Shown piece after piece: positions 49,980-62,344 of a DNA stretch of 64,000 bases; within the stretch, counting starts at the first letter, position 1; every line of letters begins with the position of its first letter. Below the pieces are notes generated by a model, which was not told where the DNA came from, searched no databases, and was given only the letters and a program-made list of their open reading frames with translations. The stretch covers positions 1,398,797-1,462,796 of the forward strand of contig CM121342.1 of assembly GCA_051530055.1 (NCBI GenBank). Direction: 5' to 3'. The stretch is from Neoechinorhynchus agilis (Eukaryota > Animalia > Acanthocephala). The position numbers were made by a program, and so were the translations under genes.

Positions 49980-52900
49980 TGTTGGTGATGAACTGGCGGA
50001 AGCAATAACAGAAAGAAGTGGAACATGTGTCCTATTCTACATTAATTAACAAATAAAGCTGTTATTATAAAGAAACTGATTTTTGAGTACAGGCATTCGT
50101 TGATTTGATATCTGTGTAAACGAGTCATGATACTTTTGTGGACATGATCGTTGGTGTTTTTAAAACGAACACAAATCACACCCACCCACAATCATGCGCG
50201 CGAACCCGTCACGGATATGCATTATCGACTTTCCACATTTCCTCCCCCATCAATTCTTAGCTTGTTTTCCGGTACTCATCGTAGGGCAAAATGGACAGTC
50301 TTCGACGTCGTTGACTTCTTCTCACGGTCGGAATTGCTAGTCCCTGAATCATATCCCGTCCATCTGCTGTTTCCCTATCGGCCAACCTCGGATCATTCTA
50401 TTCCCTTCCTTCCTCTGCTTTGACTTCCGCCTTTCGTTGATCCTCTTCTTCGGTCTTTATTTCGATCCTTTCTAAAACTCGCTCATTTTCTTCGTTATGG
50501 TCTCGTCGTATAACAAAATTCCCATGAGTCCTATTTTGAGTTTAATTTTGGTCTGCGATTCGGTACGATACTGGTCCTAATCTTCGTTCAACGATTCCGT
50601 TTCTGCATTCTCCTTCCCTTCCTTGTTTCCATCAAACCTGATTGCCTTTCTCGAATTCGCGATAATTCCCCACAGGTCTGTGAATCTGTTTTCGAGTTGA
50701 TTGGTCCTTTACAGTTTCCTCGATCTTCGGTCTTAGGTTATCGGACACCGTGTTCAATCTTCTTCCTAGCAGTATTTCCGCGGAGGCCTTTCCTGTGATT
50801 GCATGAGGGGTGTTTTTATATGTTTGCAAGAATTCGTTCAGTACCTTCCGAGTATCCGTTGATACGCTCGCCATTCCTCGTCTTTTTAATGTGCCGATAA
50901 AACGTTCCACCAGCCCATTCGTTTATGGGTGATAAGGACTCGCTTTAATCGCCTCGATGCCGTTTTCTTCGAAAAACTTGGTAAATTGGCGTGCCATAAA
51001 TTGTGGTCCATTATCACTAACGATTTTCTTTAATATTCCGTATTGAGCAAACAACTCTCTCATCCGGTCGATTACCATTTCGGCAGTTATTTGGCACGTG
51101 TTGTAATGCCAGACCTTGGGCCACTTGCTCCTGGCGTCCGCCAAAACTAAGAACATCTTTGAGTTTATTGGCCCTGCCAGGTCGATATGTACGCGTTCCC
51201 AGACTTCTGATGGATAGTCCCACGGTATGAGTGGTTGCTGTTGCATGTTTGGCCGGGCTATTTGGCAACGATCGCAACTCGCAACCTTGCGCTCGATGTC
51301 CTCCTCTATGCCTAGCCACCATACGTGATACCGGCATATAGATTTCATGGCTTCAATCCCTGGGTGTCCATTGTGTAGAATATTCATTACACTTTTTCGC
51401 AGTTTCAATCGAATGATCATTCTCTGCCAGTGCATCACAATACCATTTTCCAAAGACAGTTCGTCGGCCCTTGCCGCGAACGGTTTGTCCATCTAAGTAC
51501 CGTCTTAGGCCACCCGAAATGCAGGTATCGTTTGGTCCTTGTCAGGTGAGGATCATTCATCGATTCCGATTTTAATCTTGCCTTGATCATTCCGCAAGCT
51601 TCAGCTTTCTCTTTCTGTAAAAATCGCAGCATTATCTCCTCCTCTTTTGAGTATCTGTGCTTTGATGGATTCATTGGAAACCTGGGCAGGAAATCGGCAT
51701 ATTTCTTCTCGGCCAATTGAACGTACTCGATTTCGAAATCGTATTGGTTCAAGAAAAGTCCCCAGCGTCATTTTTGACAGGTCTCGTTGTATTCCGAAGA
51801 TGTGTTGCAGAGCTTTGTGATCCGTCTGCAAGATAAATCGATGGCCATATAGGAACTGGTGGAACCTCATCACCGCACTGACGATTGCTAATGCTTCCTT
51901 CTCGATGGTCGCATATTTCTTTTCCGCTGGAATCAATGTTCGGGACTCGAACATGATGGGTTCTTTGGCGCCGCCTTCCCTTTTGTGAAACAATCCCGTT
52001 CCAATTCCGTCTTCACTCGCGTCGCATTTCAGCACAATATTTCTTTTCATATCCAAAGTACCAAAACCTTGTGGTTTCGCACCGCATCCTTTACTTGCTC
52101 GAAACTGTCTTTCTCGTGCCTGCTCCATTTCCAGCAAATTCCTTGTCTCAACAACTCATACAGGGCTACGAATCTTTCCAGGTAGTTAACCATGCCCAAG
52201 AACGATTTTAATTCTTTTTTTATTGCGCGGGACACGCGCTTCTGTGATCGTTTCCATCTTCTCTTTTTGTGGTCTTATCTTGCCATCTTGAAGCGTGTGT
52301 CCCAAATATCGGACCTGGGATTGCATGAATTTGCATTTGCTCCTTCGGACGCCTATACCTGCTTTTTCCAATCGCCCGAAGACTGACCTCAAATTCTCCA
52401 AATGTTCGGCATCGTCTTTTCCGGTGACAATTATATCGTACAGGTATGCACCGGTACTCGAGATGTTTGCCAATTAATTGTCGATAAATTTTCGGAATGT
52501 CTGAGGTGTGCAGCTCAGGCCAAATGGCATCCTTCGGTAACGGCGCAATCCCCGCGGTGTCGTTGTGTTTAAGAACTTTCGTTGGTCTTCTGCAACCTCT
52601 AGCTGTAGGTAGGCATCTGACAAATCGATGGTGGAGTATTTCGTGTGCTTCAAATATTAGCTGACAGTGATCCTGGAATCAGCGCAGATCCTTATCTGTC
52701 CACAGCTTTTTATAGTAATGACCATCGAAGTCCCCCATTCCAAATTGGTGTCCTCTGCCACAACTCGTTCCATCACCCCTTGTTTATCAATCGTTCGATC
52801 TCGCTGATTACCACGTCCTGTAATGCCCTTGGTACTCTCCTCGCTGGTCTCCAAGTAGGCTGCAGTCCTCCGAGATAGGCAATGTCACCCTGTAATCCTT

Positions 52901-53950
52901 TATCGGCGTCGTCTTTTCCACAAAAAGTTCCTCGAACTCTCGTATCATTTGATCCATGGCCTCCTGTATTGTTTCGATTTTTCTGATAGTGACTGAAACC
53001 GGTAATGCCATTCGGAACAATTTTAACAGATCCATTCCCCATAAGCATCCGTTTGTTTCCCTTACGACATGCACCATGGCTTCTTGTTTCATATTTTCGC
53101 TCTCGATTTTCATTTGGCAGTTTCCCAAACAATCAATATCAGATCCTCCATACGCTTTCAATCGCCTCGTTGGTATCAATTTTGGCTGCCCAATCTTTCT
53201 TCAGACATCTTCATCGATGATGCTGACCTCAGCGCCGGTATCTAAATTCAACATCACCTCGCCTACCTCTACCATCGCTTTGATCTCGACTCGGTTTCCC
53301 TCACCTTTTGCCGTGCATACCAACCCATAACAACCATAGGTTTTATTTTGTCCCCATTCACCATCTTCAGCCTCACTTGTTTTCCTTTCTTCTACTTGTC
53401 TCACCCTAGCGCTTTTGCACATCCTTGCAAAATGACCGATCCTGCCGCATCTGTAGCACTCCCCCTTGCTTACAGGACAGGGTGATCTATCTGCTTGCTG
53501 CAATCAGCATTTCCCACATCTATTGATACGCAGCTCTCTTGATTCCCTAATCCGATTAACATTAGTTCTTTGACACATTCTCTCCGTTGTTATTCGGTCC
53601 ACTTCGATATCGCGTTCTTGTTTTGGATCATCGTTTCCTTTCGGAACGCATAACAACTCACTCGCCTTATCCGCTATCTCAATCGCTTCGGCTATCTTGA
53701 GCACTTCCTCTAGTGATGCTGAACCTTTCTCCTACATAACGGCTTTTCGGGGAGCATTCGACGGTGTGACCACAATGATATGATCTTTGATTCGTTCATC
53801 TACGGTAGATCATTCGTCTTTCACCTCTTTATTGAAGAAACAGCATCCTCTTGCCGTTCCTCGAAGCGCTGTCGCCCACTTAGCGTGAGTTTGTCTCTCT
53901 CTTACGGCATGTCTTGCGGCCTTACAAAGAAACTTGTTATTTAAAAAATC
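49980..53950 (-). mobile_element. Ty3/Gypsy LTR retrotransposon (Mag-like), decayed: gag-PR-RT-RNaseH-IN, PPT, 3' LTR
   Basis: CYRCGRIGHFARMC, LDTGAEVS, IDLSDAYLQ, RMPFGL, YLYD (mutated YLDD), CDASEDGIG, EKEALAIV, H..H..C..C, RVHIDLAGP, SDNGPQF, ERFIGTLK. Polypurine tract at 50238-50249 abuts an LTR starting TG at 50237; the LTR probably ends near 49980. Confidence 0.92.
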
Positions 53951-53952
53951 GA

Positions 53953-54708
53953 ATTTTTTTTTGTAAGACAACACGCATTCAATCAATCTTCATCTCTCGA
54001 CAATTAACACACTCACCACCTCCCGCCGAATTCCAGCTTTTGTCCTTCCTCGACCGTCGCCATCACGCTGGCAGCATTGCCCCGTTGTACTGCCAGCGAG
54101 ATATTTTGTCGAAGGAATACGCCTGCTCTTGAGTCTCCGGTTGCCTCTCTCAATTTCTTCGAGAGATCCTGGAGCAGAGAGAGTGCCGAGCTGCCGAGCG
54201 CTCCATACGTCTCTACCCCAAAGGGGACAAAATGGTGAGCCCTCGATAATTGAATATATTTCCGTATTTTCCTCCCTTCCGCTGCACTGGCGGCACCACC
54301 GACGATTTCGAGGGAGTAGGGGATGTTGCTGGCTGCGAGGATATCCACACACGTGGCGTCCCAGAGAAGGCATTTGCCCTCCCGCCACGGGAAGACCGAA
54401 ATTCCATCGGGCCTACGGCCGTCTAGTCTACAGAGGTGGGCGGGTTCCAGGATGTTCGGGAAGTTCGCCGTTCTCAACGCCCGAGAAATTGCGTTATTGA
54501 TTTCAGAATGGCGTGAGAACCTTCCTCCTGACCTTCTGCAGACGAGACCGTGTCGCCCGAAAGCATCAACCAAAGACCCACATCGACAGCGATGGGGCGT
54601 GCATATCGGGAGACCAAGTCTTTCCCACTGATGCCAGAGGAACAGCCTCCAACCACGCCCCAGATTCTCGTGTTGAAACTGCCAACAGTCTAGCTCGGAC
54701 GACCCCGG
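53953..54708 (-). mobile_element. CRE-clade element, 5'-truncated, inserted into Gypsy gag
   Basis: Close copy of 11515-12245 with intact RRPDG. Poly(A) remnant at 53953-53962 and a roughly 40-bp internal deletion near 54620. Confidence 0.92.
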
Positions 54709-54840
54709 CAATAAAAGAAAGAAGTGGAACATAAGTCTCATTTTTTAATTAAGAAATAAACGTGTTATTATTATTAAGAAACTTATTTTTGAGTACAGAT
54801 ATTCGTTAATTTGAAACATGTGTAAACGAGTCATGATACC
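54708..54840 (-). repeat. Partial, diverged copy of the Gypsy LTR
   Basis: Aligns to about 50001-50133 (gcaataa.agaaagaagtggaacat...gtgtaaacgagtcatgatac), roughly 80% identical by eye. Confidence 0.8.
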
Positions 54841-54856
54841 TTCATCGAACGGAAAA

Positions 54857-55020
54857 ATTAAAATGATTTTATTTTAAAATCCGATATTTCGGCACAATCT
54901 TGTGTATTTATCAAGGTTGTTTCGCAAGTTTGTTGCTTTGCATGAGCACTTGCGAAATAATGTTCGTGAGGGAACAATATTGTGCCGAAATATCGGATTT
55001 AAAAATAAAATCATTTTAAT
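54857..55020. repeat. MITE-like foldback, 42-bp terminal inverted repeats
   Basis: 54857-54898 mirrors 54979-55020 and the interior is also partly palindromic. The arm motif aaatccgatatttcggcaca recurs at about 40977-40996. Confidence 0.8.
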
Positions 55021-55284
55021 GTCGCCGCGAGAAAAATAGCAACATGAGCAATTCAATCTTCAAACAGATTTGATCATCTTCATTGTTTCAACGCATTCAG
55101 CTCGGGCCAATCAGGTCGAGCAATTGTTTTGAAATGATATAAGCAACGTAGTGCTCTTTTAATATTTTTAAAGAATGCAATTAAATCAATGGAGTAAAAT
55201 GTTACACCTTTAATTTCTGTGTTGCTTGCGCTCACCTTTAAACGAATATTACGATAAAACCTTTTAATGAATGAATCTTAAAAT

Positions 55285-57351
55285 TCAGTAAAAAAAAGTT
55301 GCTTCAATGTTCATACCTTCAACAACAATCTGTCCCAGTGATCTCATCATTGCGAAACGATCAATATTAAAGTGTTGGACTTGATTGTTCGAAACATTCA
55401 AGAAAACAAGATTTGGCATTTTTAGATCATAAAGACTTCCTGGTATGCTTCTAAGTTTGTTATCAGCCAGATTAAAAAATATAAGATTTTCCAATCCGTC
55501 GAACGCATCAACTGGAATTGTACTGAGTTTGTTGTGACTGAGATCGATAGCTTCCAAATGGCCAGCAGCTTCAAAAGCTTTTGATTTTATTTTGGTGATT
55601 ATATTTGATTGAAGACTCAAATATTTAAGATTGACTAAAGCTGAAAAATCGGTTGGTTCAAGCATAGTTATTGAATTATTGGTCAAGTCGAGAGAAATTA
55701 AAACATTGATCGTTAGCCACATGTTTATTTCTCTGAAGGTTGTCAGATTTTTGTTTGTTAGCGATATAACCCCCGTAGCGTTTTGACCATAGATCTTCAA
55801 CGCGGTCAAAATTGACTGAGGGACGAATTCCAAATAAAGGCCAAAGTTCGCGAGAGTCTTGTAGCTTTTTGTTCTGCTGAAGGTAACTGTTGATATTTTA
55901 TTTCCCCGTAAAGCGACGTATGCAATCGAATGTGTTGGAGAATTTCTGGCAGTCAAATCTCGAATTCGATTTCCAGACAAATCGAGGTATTGGAGGTTTC
56001 CTGTATTCCGAAAAAGATTGCGATGGATATGATTTAATTGGTTGTAACTAATCGAGAACGCTTCCAGTATACAATTATTCCTTAAACTGCCTGAGCTGAT
56101 CGTCTTTATTTGATTATAATCAAGAAATATATCTCTTATGCCCCTTAACCTTGAAAATGCGTTTCTATGGAAGCCATTAATTCTATTGTGCGGAAGATAG
56201 AGCTCTATAAGACTTGTCCAGTCATCGAAATCATTTTCGTGGATGAATGTTATTTGATTATACGCTAACGAAAATTTCTTTATATTTTCCTTCGTTTGTT
56301 GGTTTCCAGCAGGAATCGATTCTAATTGATTTCGCGTAATCTCAAGATTTTCAAGTCGAGGTGCTGCAGCTAACAAATTAGTGTCAAACGTTTTATCCGA
56401 TCCATTTGTGACCATAAATTCATATAATCTGGAATATTGTGCTTTACAATTCAATAAATCGTTGACATTTTCAAGATACGTAATATGGAGACAACGAAGA
56501 TTTTTAAACGATTCCATTTTGTATACGGATTTAATTGGATTACCAACTATGTACAATTCCTTAAGATAGTAAAAATAGCCTGATTTCGGCGCAGCTAAAT
56601 GATCTATCAAATTATAACTTAAATCCAATAGTTTCAGGTATCGTAGTCTGCTAATAACATTTATACTTTCACTTGTGAGAATATTGTTCGATAAACGAAG
56701 TATCTTCAATAGTGGTAATTGCCGTGGGAATTTTACCGGAATTACTGATATGCTGTTGAAACTCAAACTTAGTCGAACAAGTTTCTTAAATTCTTTAAAA
56801 GCATCTTCTTGAATCTTAACAATTCCAGCTCTCTCAATATCCAACTCTTTTACACGTTTGAGTTTATAAAGTAAAGAATTGCACAGTACTGACGATCTGT
56901 ATGATTGTTCATATTCATGAAGGACAGTTACCTTTACGACTTGAGGAAATAACAAAACAAAATTGTCAGGAATATCTTTAATATCGACATTATTAAATTC
57001 AAAATTTTCTTGATTGCGTTGAGCAGATCGTAATAAATTAATAATCGACTCCATTCTCCCAACAGAATCATTTTCGTAGCATCGTATTCCAAAGGCTAAA
57101 ATCGACTCGGAGTGCGTTATCTCGCATTTCGATTCTCTTCCATGCTGTTCCGTTGAAACAAGACTCAGTTGAATTATTAATAATAGAATATGTAAGAAAA
57201 ACACAAGAAGCATTGCGGCTGAATGACGACGAAAAATCGAGATAACTCGTGCACATCCATACATTTGCATGAGTAAAATAGGCGTGAGATACTGAAAGGA
57301 TGAATGTATGAGCAATGCATAGTTTTTCACCGATGCGCGGAGAAAAATCAA
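55285..57351 (-). CDS. Extracellular leucine-rich-repeat protein (about 20 LxxLxLxxN repeats); likely start Met 57270 or 57213
   Basis: 688-codon ORF. Signal-peptide-like MLLVFFLHILLLIIQLSLVS, N-terminal Cys pair, and repeats such as LVRLSLSFNSI, LKLLDLSYNLI and LEAIDLSHNKL. Confidence 0.9.
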   Translation of the reverse strand: MIFLRASVKNYALLIHSSFQYLTPILLMQMYGCARVISIFRRHSAAMLLVFFLHILLLIIQLSLVSTEQHGRESKCEITHSESILAFGIRCYENDSVGRMESIINLLRSAQRNQENFEFNNVDIKDIPDNFVLLFPQVVKVTVLHEYEQSYRSSVLCNSLLYKLKRVKELDIERAGIVKIQEDAFKEFKKLVRLSLSFNSISVIPVKFPRQLPLLKILRLSNNILTSESINVISRLRYLKLLDLSYNLIDHLAAPKSGYFYYLKELYIVGNPIKSVYKMESFKNLRCLHITYLENVNDLLNCKAQYSRLYEFMVTNGSDKTFDTNLLAAAPRLENLEITRNQLESIPAGNQQTKENIKKFSLAYNQITFIHENDFDDWTSLIELYLPHNRINGFHRNAFSRLRGIRDIFLDYNQIKTISSGSLRNNCILEAFSISYNQLNHIHRNLFRNTGNLQYLDLSGNRIRDLTARNSPTHSIAYVALRGNKISTVTFSRTKSYKTLANFGLYLEFVPQSILTALKIYGQNATGVISLTNKNLTTFREINMWLTINVLISLDLTNNSITMLEPTDFSALVNLKYLSLQSNIITKIKSKAFEAAGHLEAIDLSHNKLSTIPVDAFDGLENLIFFNLADNKLRSIPGSLYDLKMPNLVFLNVSNNQVQHFNIDRFAMMRSLGQIVVEGMNIEATFFY

Positions 57352-57729
57352 AATTTAACTTCCACCTTCACCACTTGAGTGACTTTCAGTAATCAATAAT
57401 TTGAGTTTTTGGTTGTTAAAAATGGGTATTTTGAGGTGCGGTCTTGGTAGAGGGAGCCTCCGTATGGTTTTTTTTGGCTGTCAATCTCAGGTCCAAATAA
57501 ATAATAATTTTCAGCCAAGAGCTATAAGGTAAAGTACCGGCAATATAAAATCCGTAAATTTCTTATACACAAATATCGTGCAAAGTTTGGGATTAAAAAT
57601 TCAGTAATTCCGTTACCCTCTAAGAATACAATAAAACCTTTTATCTCAGGTTTTCCCAATCTATTCAACATACAATTAACACCTTTAAGATATCCCATTT
57701 TTATATAATTAAAATAAAAGGAGTGTGCC

Positions 57730-57900
57730 CAGGAGCGTTACTACCGCCGAAACTAAAATAAGTCGCTTGCTAAACGCGTTTCTTCGAAGCTCGCAGACGG
57801 AGATGTCAGAGGAGCAGTTCGCCTTTTATCATCAATGGACAGTGTCGCCAAAGATCCGTTTACAAAAAGCACTTACTAACAAAATACTTATCGTCCGCAA
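57730..57900 (+). mobile_element. CRE-clade fragment, pre-RT region
   Basis: Encodes LAKRVSSKLADGDVRGAVRLLSS, resembling the K..EGD.RGAVR.L motif upstream of CRE RT. Confidence 0.65.
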
Positions 57901-58099
57901 ACACTTCCTTTCCTCTAAAATTCGCAACGAAGATCCCTTCGCTAATTTGACCTCTTCTGAATTTAAACAGGTTAATAACACGTTTTTATTACCACACACC
58001 CAAACAAGCACGGGAACCATGTATCTTTGGATTCGTGCTATTTGATTGAGACTGAATTCGAAAAGAGTTGCAAGTCGTCGCATATGCATGAGCCTTTCC

Positions 58100-59390
58100 T
58101 CCGATTCAGGCCTTAGACTCATGGGTTGATTGTGCGATGGCAAAAAATGATTTTTTATATAGTGTGGTGCAAGGGAGAGGCGAATTGAAGCTGTTCGGAC
58201 ATGGCGTATTTCGGACGGGTTCCCCTGGCGAGATGAACGGGAGAAATTTATATGGAAGGGAACGCAGGGAGGTCATGTATTTATCGAAGATTTTGGAAAG
58301 GTGTTCTTCGAGTGGTGCGAGGTCCTCGGAGCCAATTTTGCAGGCTCCTTTATTTAGAGAGGAAAGCAAGCGCAGTTGATGGATAAATTACAAAAGGTTG
58401 GGTGTGCAGGGATCACAACAGACCAACAGAAATGTGCTAGATCGCGTGGGCTGACTCCGGCTAAACGCGAGCGCTTGATTAAATACAATTTAGCAGTGGC
58501 TTTTGCTACGATGGCATTAATGTGGATGTCCCATTTGAGGTTATGTTGGAAGATTAGGCCCAGAATGCGAAGCGATGTGATGCGTTGGATATCGAGAGGG
58601 AGCGGTGGAATACCAGTCCTAGGTTTTCGAAGCGACGGAATAAGTTCATGAGATTTGGAGAAATTAATTGAGAGTTGATGGGTGGTGCAAAAATCTTTAA
58701 GATTTTAAATCTCTGCAAACGTGAGGCTGAGCGAGAGTGATGGAGGAGCATGGGTTATGATGGTTAGGTCGTCCGCATAAAGGAAATATTTAGCGGACGT
58801 TGAGAGGGGTGTAAGGTCGTTGAGGAAGATATCGAAAAGTAAGGGCGATAGTATAGCTCCTTGTGGCACACCGCCATGTATGGGAAGCGTCGTTGAGTGG
58901 GTATTTCCGCATTGAAAATATTGCGACCGGTTTGCGAGGAAAGAAGTGAGCCAGCTTATTTGCCAGGGTAAGAAGCCAAATTTCTCGCAGGCCTCAACGA
59001 GAAGATCGTGATTTACAGAGTCAAAGGCCTTGGCAAAATCCACCTGGATGAGGCGACAAACGAAAGACGGTTCTTGGTCAAGATTGCGCAGGATCTAATC
59101 GTAAATGCCCAAGAGGGCGCCGGTACAACAGAATCCTGGCCGGAAGAGAAAAGGTTCGACGAAATGTGTTGTACATTTTTCAAAAATTTTAGAAAAGGGC
59201 GAGAGTAGAGAGATAGGGCGAAAGGAAGTCATAGAAACGGGTTTCCCCGTCTTAGGGATAGGAATGACGCCAGCGGTCTTCAGGCAATCTGGAAAAAAAA
59301 CCCAATCAGAACCTCTGCCCTGACTCAATTTACAATCTCTGCTTAACATAAGTCCACACAAAATCTTTAAAGCCCACATCTGAAACGTTT
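58100..59390 (-). mobile_element. CR1/L2-like LINE RT and C-terminus, frameshifted
   Basis: FRPISLLSPFSKIFE, DFAKAFDSVNH, GVPQGAILSPLLF, YADD, and terminal TTLYKKSFF. Confidence 0.88.
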
Positions 59391-59394
59391 GTCA

Positions 59395-60720
59395 ACCTGC
59401 AGATACTCCCCTGAGTTTCGTCACGCGAAGCACTACAGCTTCTCAAGAAATAACCTCGAAATTCGTCCTCTCAATCCGAAATCCCAAACTGGGTTCTTCC
59501 CATAATCATCCTCGAACTTCTCGACCCTCTAACCCTCATTATAAACGACAGCTTTTTATATGACATCTACCCTCATGCCTGAAAATTGCTAAAGTTATCC
59601 TTCTTCTAAAAAACTACATCCACATTCGACCGAATCATTCCGTCCAATATCCATTCTAACCGCAGCTCTTTCAAAAATCATCGAAAAGTGTTTTAAATCT
59701 CGCCTTCTTCCACTTAACGATCAATTCGGCTTCCGGCTAAATTTTCTGCAAGCGACGCCGTACGTTGCATCTATGACACGCTCCTACGAAGCCTCGACAA
59801 TAATCCCTCCCACATTACCTGTCTCATTCAACTGAATTTATGAAAAGCATTTTACTCCGTAGATCATTCACTCCTTGTCCGAGCCTGCTCCGATTTTGGT
59901 CTCAACATGTGGCAGATCCTCTTGCTCGAATAATATCTTCACAATCGCAAACAATACATTCACTGCCGTTCAACCTCTTCTATCACCCTATCCCTCACCA
60001 AAAGCGTAAATCAAGGTGCTGTGCCGTCACCACTTCTCTTTAATATTTTTCTAAACAACCTCAAACCTCTCGCCTTTATCACCCTCATCACCCATTAGCC
60101 ACCCCACCTCTCCCTTTCTTTAACCTCTAAAGAAATCACACACATAAAAGATTTCTGCCCCAATCACAAACTCCATCTCAATTTTTCTAAATGCTTCGAA
60201 ATGATTCCATCTCTCTCCCGCAACCCCACAACATCCCCTGAGCTTCTAAATGACATCCTACGACTAACCTCCCTCCGAATTCTGGGTATCCAATTTCAAT
60301 CAAATTTGAAGTGGGACTCGCACATCACTCTCTCCCTCAAGCACAACGCCTTTAAAATTTATCTCCTCAAACGTCTCCGACATTTAAGAATCCATTCACC
60401 CGATCTCTACAAATTTTACTTCTGTTTTATTTTATGTTCCCTCGCCTATGGTTATCCCGTATTTTGCAAGGTTTCCAAATCTCAAATCCGTCATATTGAA
60501 ATGTTTCATAAAGGAGTATCTAAAATTTGCGCAGCTGACTTTCCCCTCTCTGACCGAATGCCTTGATGCTATTTTCATAAAACAATCTAAACGCCTATGA
60601 ACCAGACCATCACAATTTCTACCACATTTTATCACAACACTCGTAATCCAAATTCGTTTCATCCTCCTATACTTCGCACCTCCCTACACCTACGCTCCTT
60701 TTTGTCCAGGAGGTGCCTAG
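59395..60720 (+). mobile_element. CR1/L2-like LINE RT and C-terminus, decayed
   Basis: RPISIL..LSKIIE region, LRILGIQFQSNLKWDSHI, FILCSLAYGYPVF and LRTSLHLRSF. Related to 13300-14900. Confidence 0.8.
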
Positions 60721-60729
60721 AATCCACTG

Positions 60730-61700
60730 TCATTTTTAAGAGCCAAAAAAGCTCTTTGAAAGAGCCATTCATGCTGTGTATAATTGACATGAATTGTGGG
60801 GAAAACGTGGTCTTGTAGCTCGTTAAAATTGGCAACAATATTGCAAAAGTATGTGTCTAATTCAATCAGGTCAACCTTCCCGTCTCCAAGCGTAAGCATT
60901 TGTTCGATTGCAAGACGCAGCAAAGGTGTCATGACACAATCAGACACTCACGTTAGTTGTATGAATAGCTTTTGTGACTTATTTAAATAAGTGAGATGAT
61001 TTAAGACACACATTCAGTAAGTTGTCAGCAGCTGTTGATTTTGGAATAACGATAAGTGTCTACCAGTAGTAAAACGCAGATATTGCAGTGTTTGACAAAG
61101 ATCCTCTATAGTATTTTGTGAGTCCTTGTCCTAATATTTTGCTAATATTGTATACAGGACTATCACCATGAAGCAAGTTTTGTGGGCTGCTTCAATTATG
61201 AATGTTCAGTCCGTCCTCCATGAAAGAGGGTGGCCGCAATATCTTAGGACGCAACTGCCACCACGATTTTCCTTTACTGGCGAATCTTTGCCAAAATAAG
61301 ATTGATCAGGAATGTTTTTTCAGCTCCGCCTGGAAATCGAGGAAAATGATGTTTCTATTCTTCGTATCAATGGCGTTCAAAGTAGCAGTGGTTCATTTTC
61401 CGAAATGTACTTTTCAAGAATGCGAATGTTATAGTATGTTTCTCCTGGTATTTCAGCGGAGAGCTAGTTGTCACCGGCGTCCAAACCGAAATCGCGAAAA
61501 GCTGCCTAACTCTATGTGCCGACTGCGTGGAAGCTGCTTCAGCTCTTGACATGCCCCAATGTTGGTTGTCTTCCAATCATCCATGTCTTTGGCGAGGATT
61601 CCAGCTACTCATATAACATCCCAGAGGAAATCATTGGCATAATGAGAAACATTGACGATATCAACTTGGGATGTTTGTGCCGCCAATTAATCACAAGAAC
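60730..61700 (-). mobile_element. Helitron RepHel helicase (PIF1-like) remnant
   Basis: EDNQHWG..AEAA...RQLFAI, FLD.PGGA.KTFLINLILAKIR...VAS..IAATL..GGRT.H, IPKSTAAD..N.CLKSS and VFPTI..NY..HEWL.QRA.LA.KN, with stops and frameshifts. Confidence 0.85.
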
Positions 61701-61785
61701 TTTCTCTTAGCTCTGCACCGACGAATAAAACATAAAAGTCCATGCAGAATACATTTTCACTAATTTTTTCGGCCGACAAATCTAC

Positions 61786-62010
61786 TCATGTATCCCGACG
61801 CAACCGTGACGAACAGGGAAATGGAGTTTTAAGATTTCGTCGCTTAGGAGTAGCCTTCTGAACGTCCACATCATATCCATCGATTGTGTGGGTCTTTTCT
61901 AAGACAATTCGATCGACCGGATCATAATCGTCGAACGTCACAAATCCAAAACCTCTCGGCTTTCCTTCAGCGATTTTAACAACAACCCAATCCGCAATGT
62001 TTCCATGCTT
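61786..62010 (-). pseudogene. hnRNP A/B-family RRM fragment
   Basis: [38 protein letters not shown] (RNP1 plus the hnRNP A RRM2 tail). In-frame stop upstream, no ATG, no Gly-rich tail. Confidence 0.75.
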
Positions 62011-62344
62011 TTAGATGCTTCGTCCGTGTGGATTACCCTACTTTTAAAATAGACAGCAAACACCTTATAAGAAATCGTGAAATTAAAGTTTATGAACACG
62101 CATAAACGCATACGTTGAACAATGCTTCTTTATATTGTAAAGAAGTTGATCATTGCTGATTAGAAAAATAGATATTGATTTATTGTTCTCAAAATTTCGT
62201 CCGTTTCGTCGAACTTCTTTAGGTTGTTACGAATAAACCACTTTAACAACCTGAAGAAGTCCGACGAAACATTGAGAATTTATAAATCTCTATTTTTCTC
62301 ATCACCAAAAAATGCCTTATATTATAAAATATTTTTTTGCTTTG

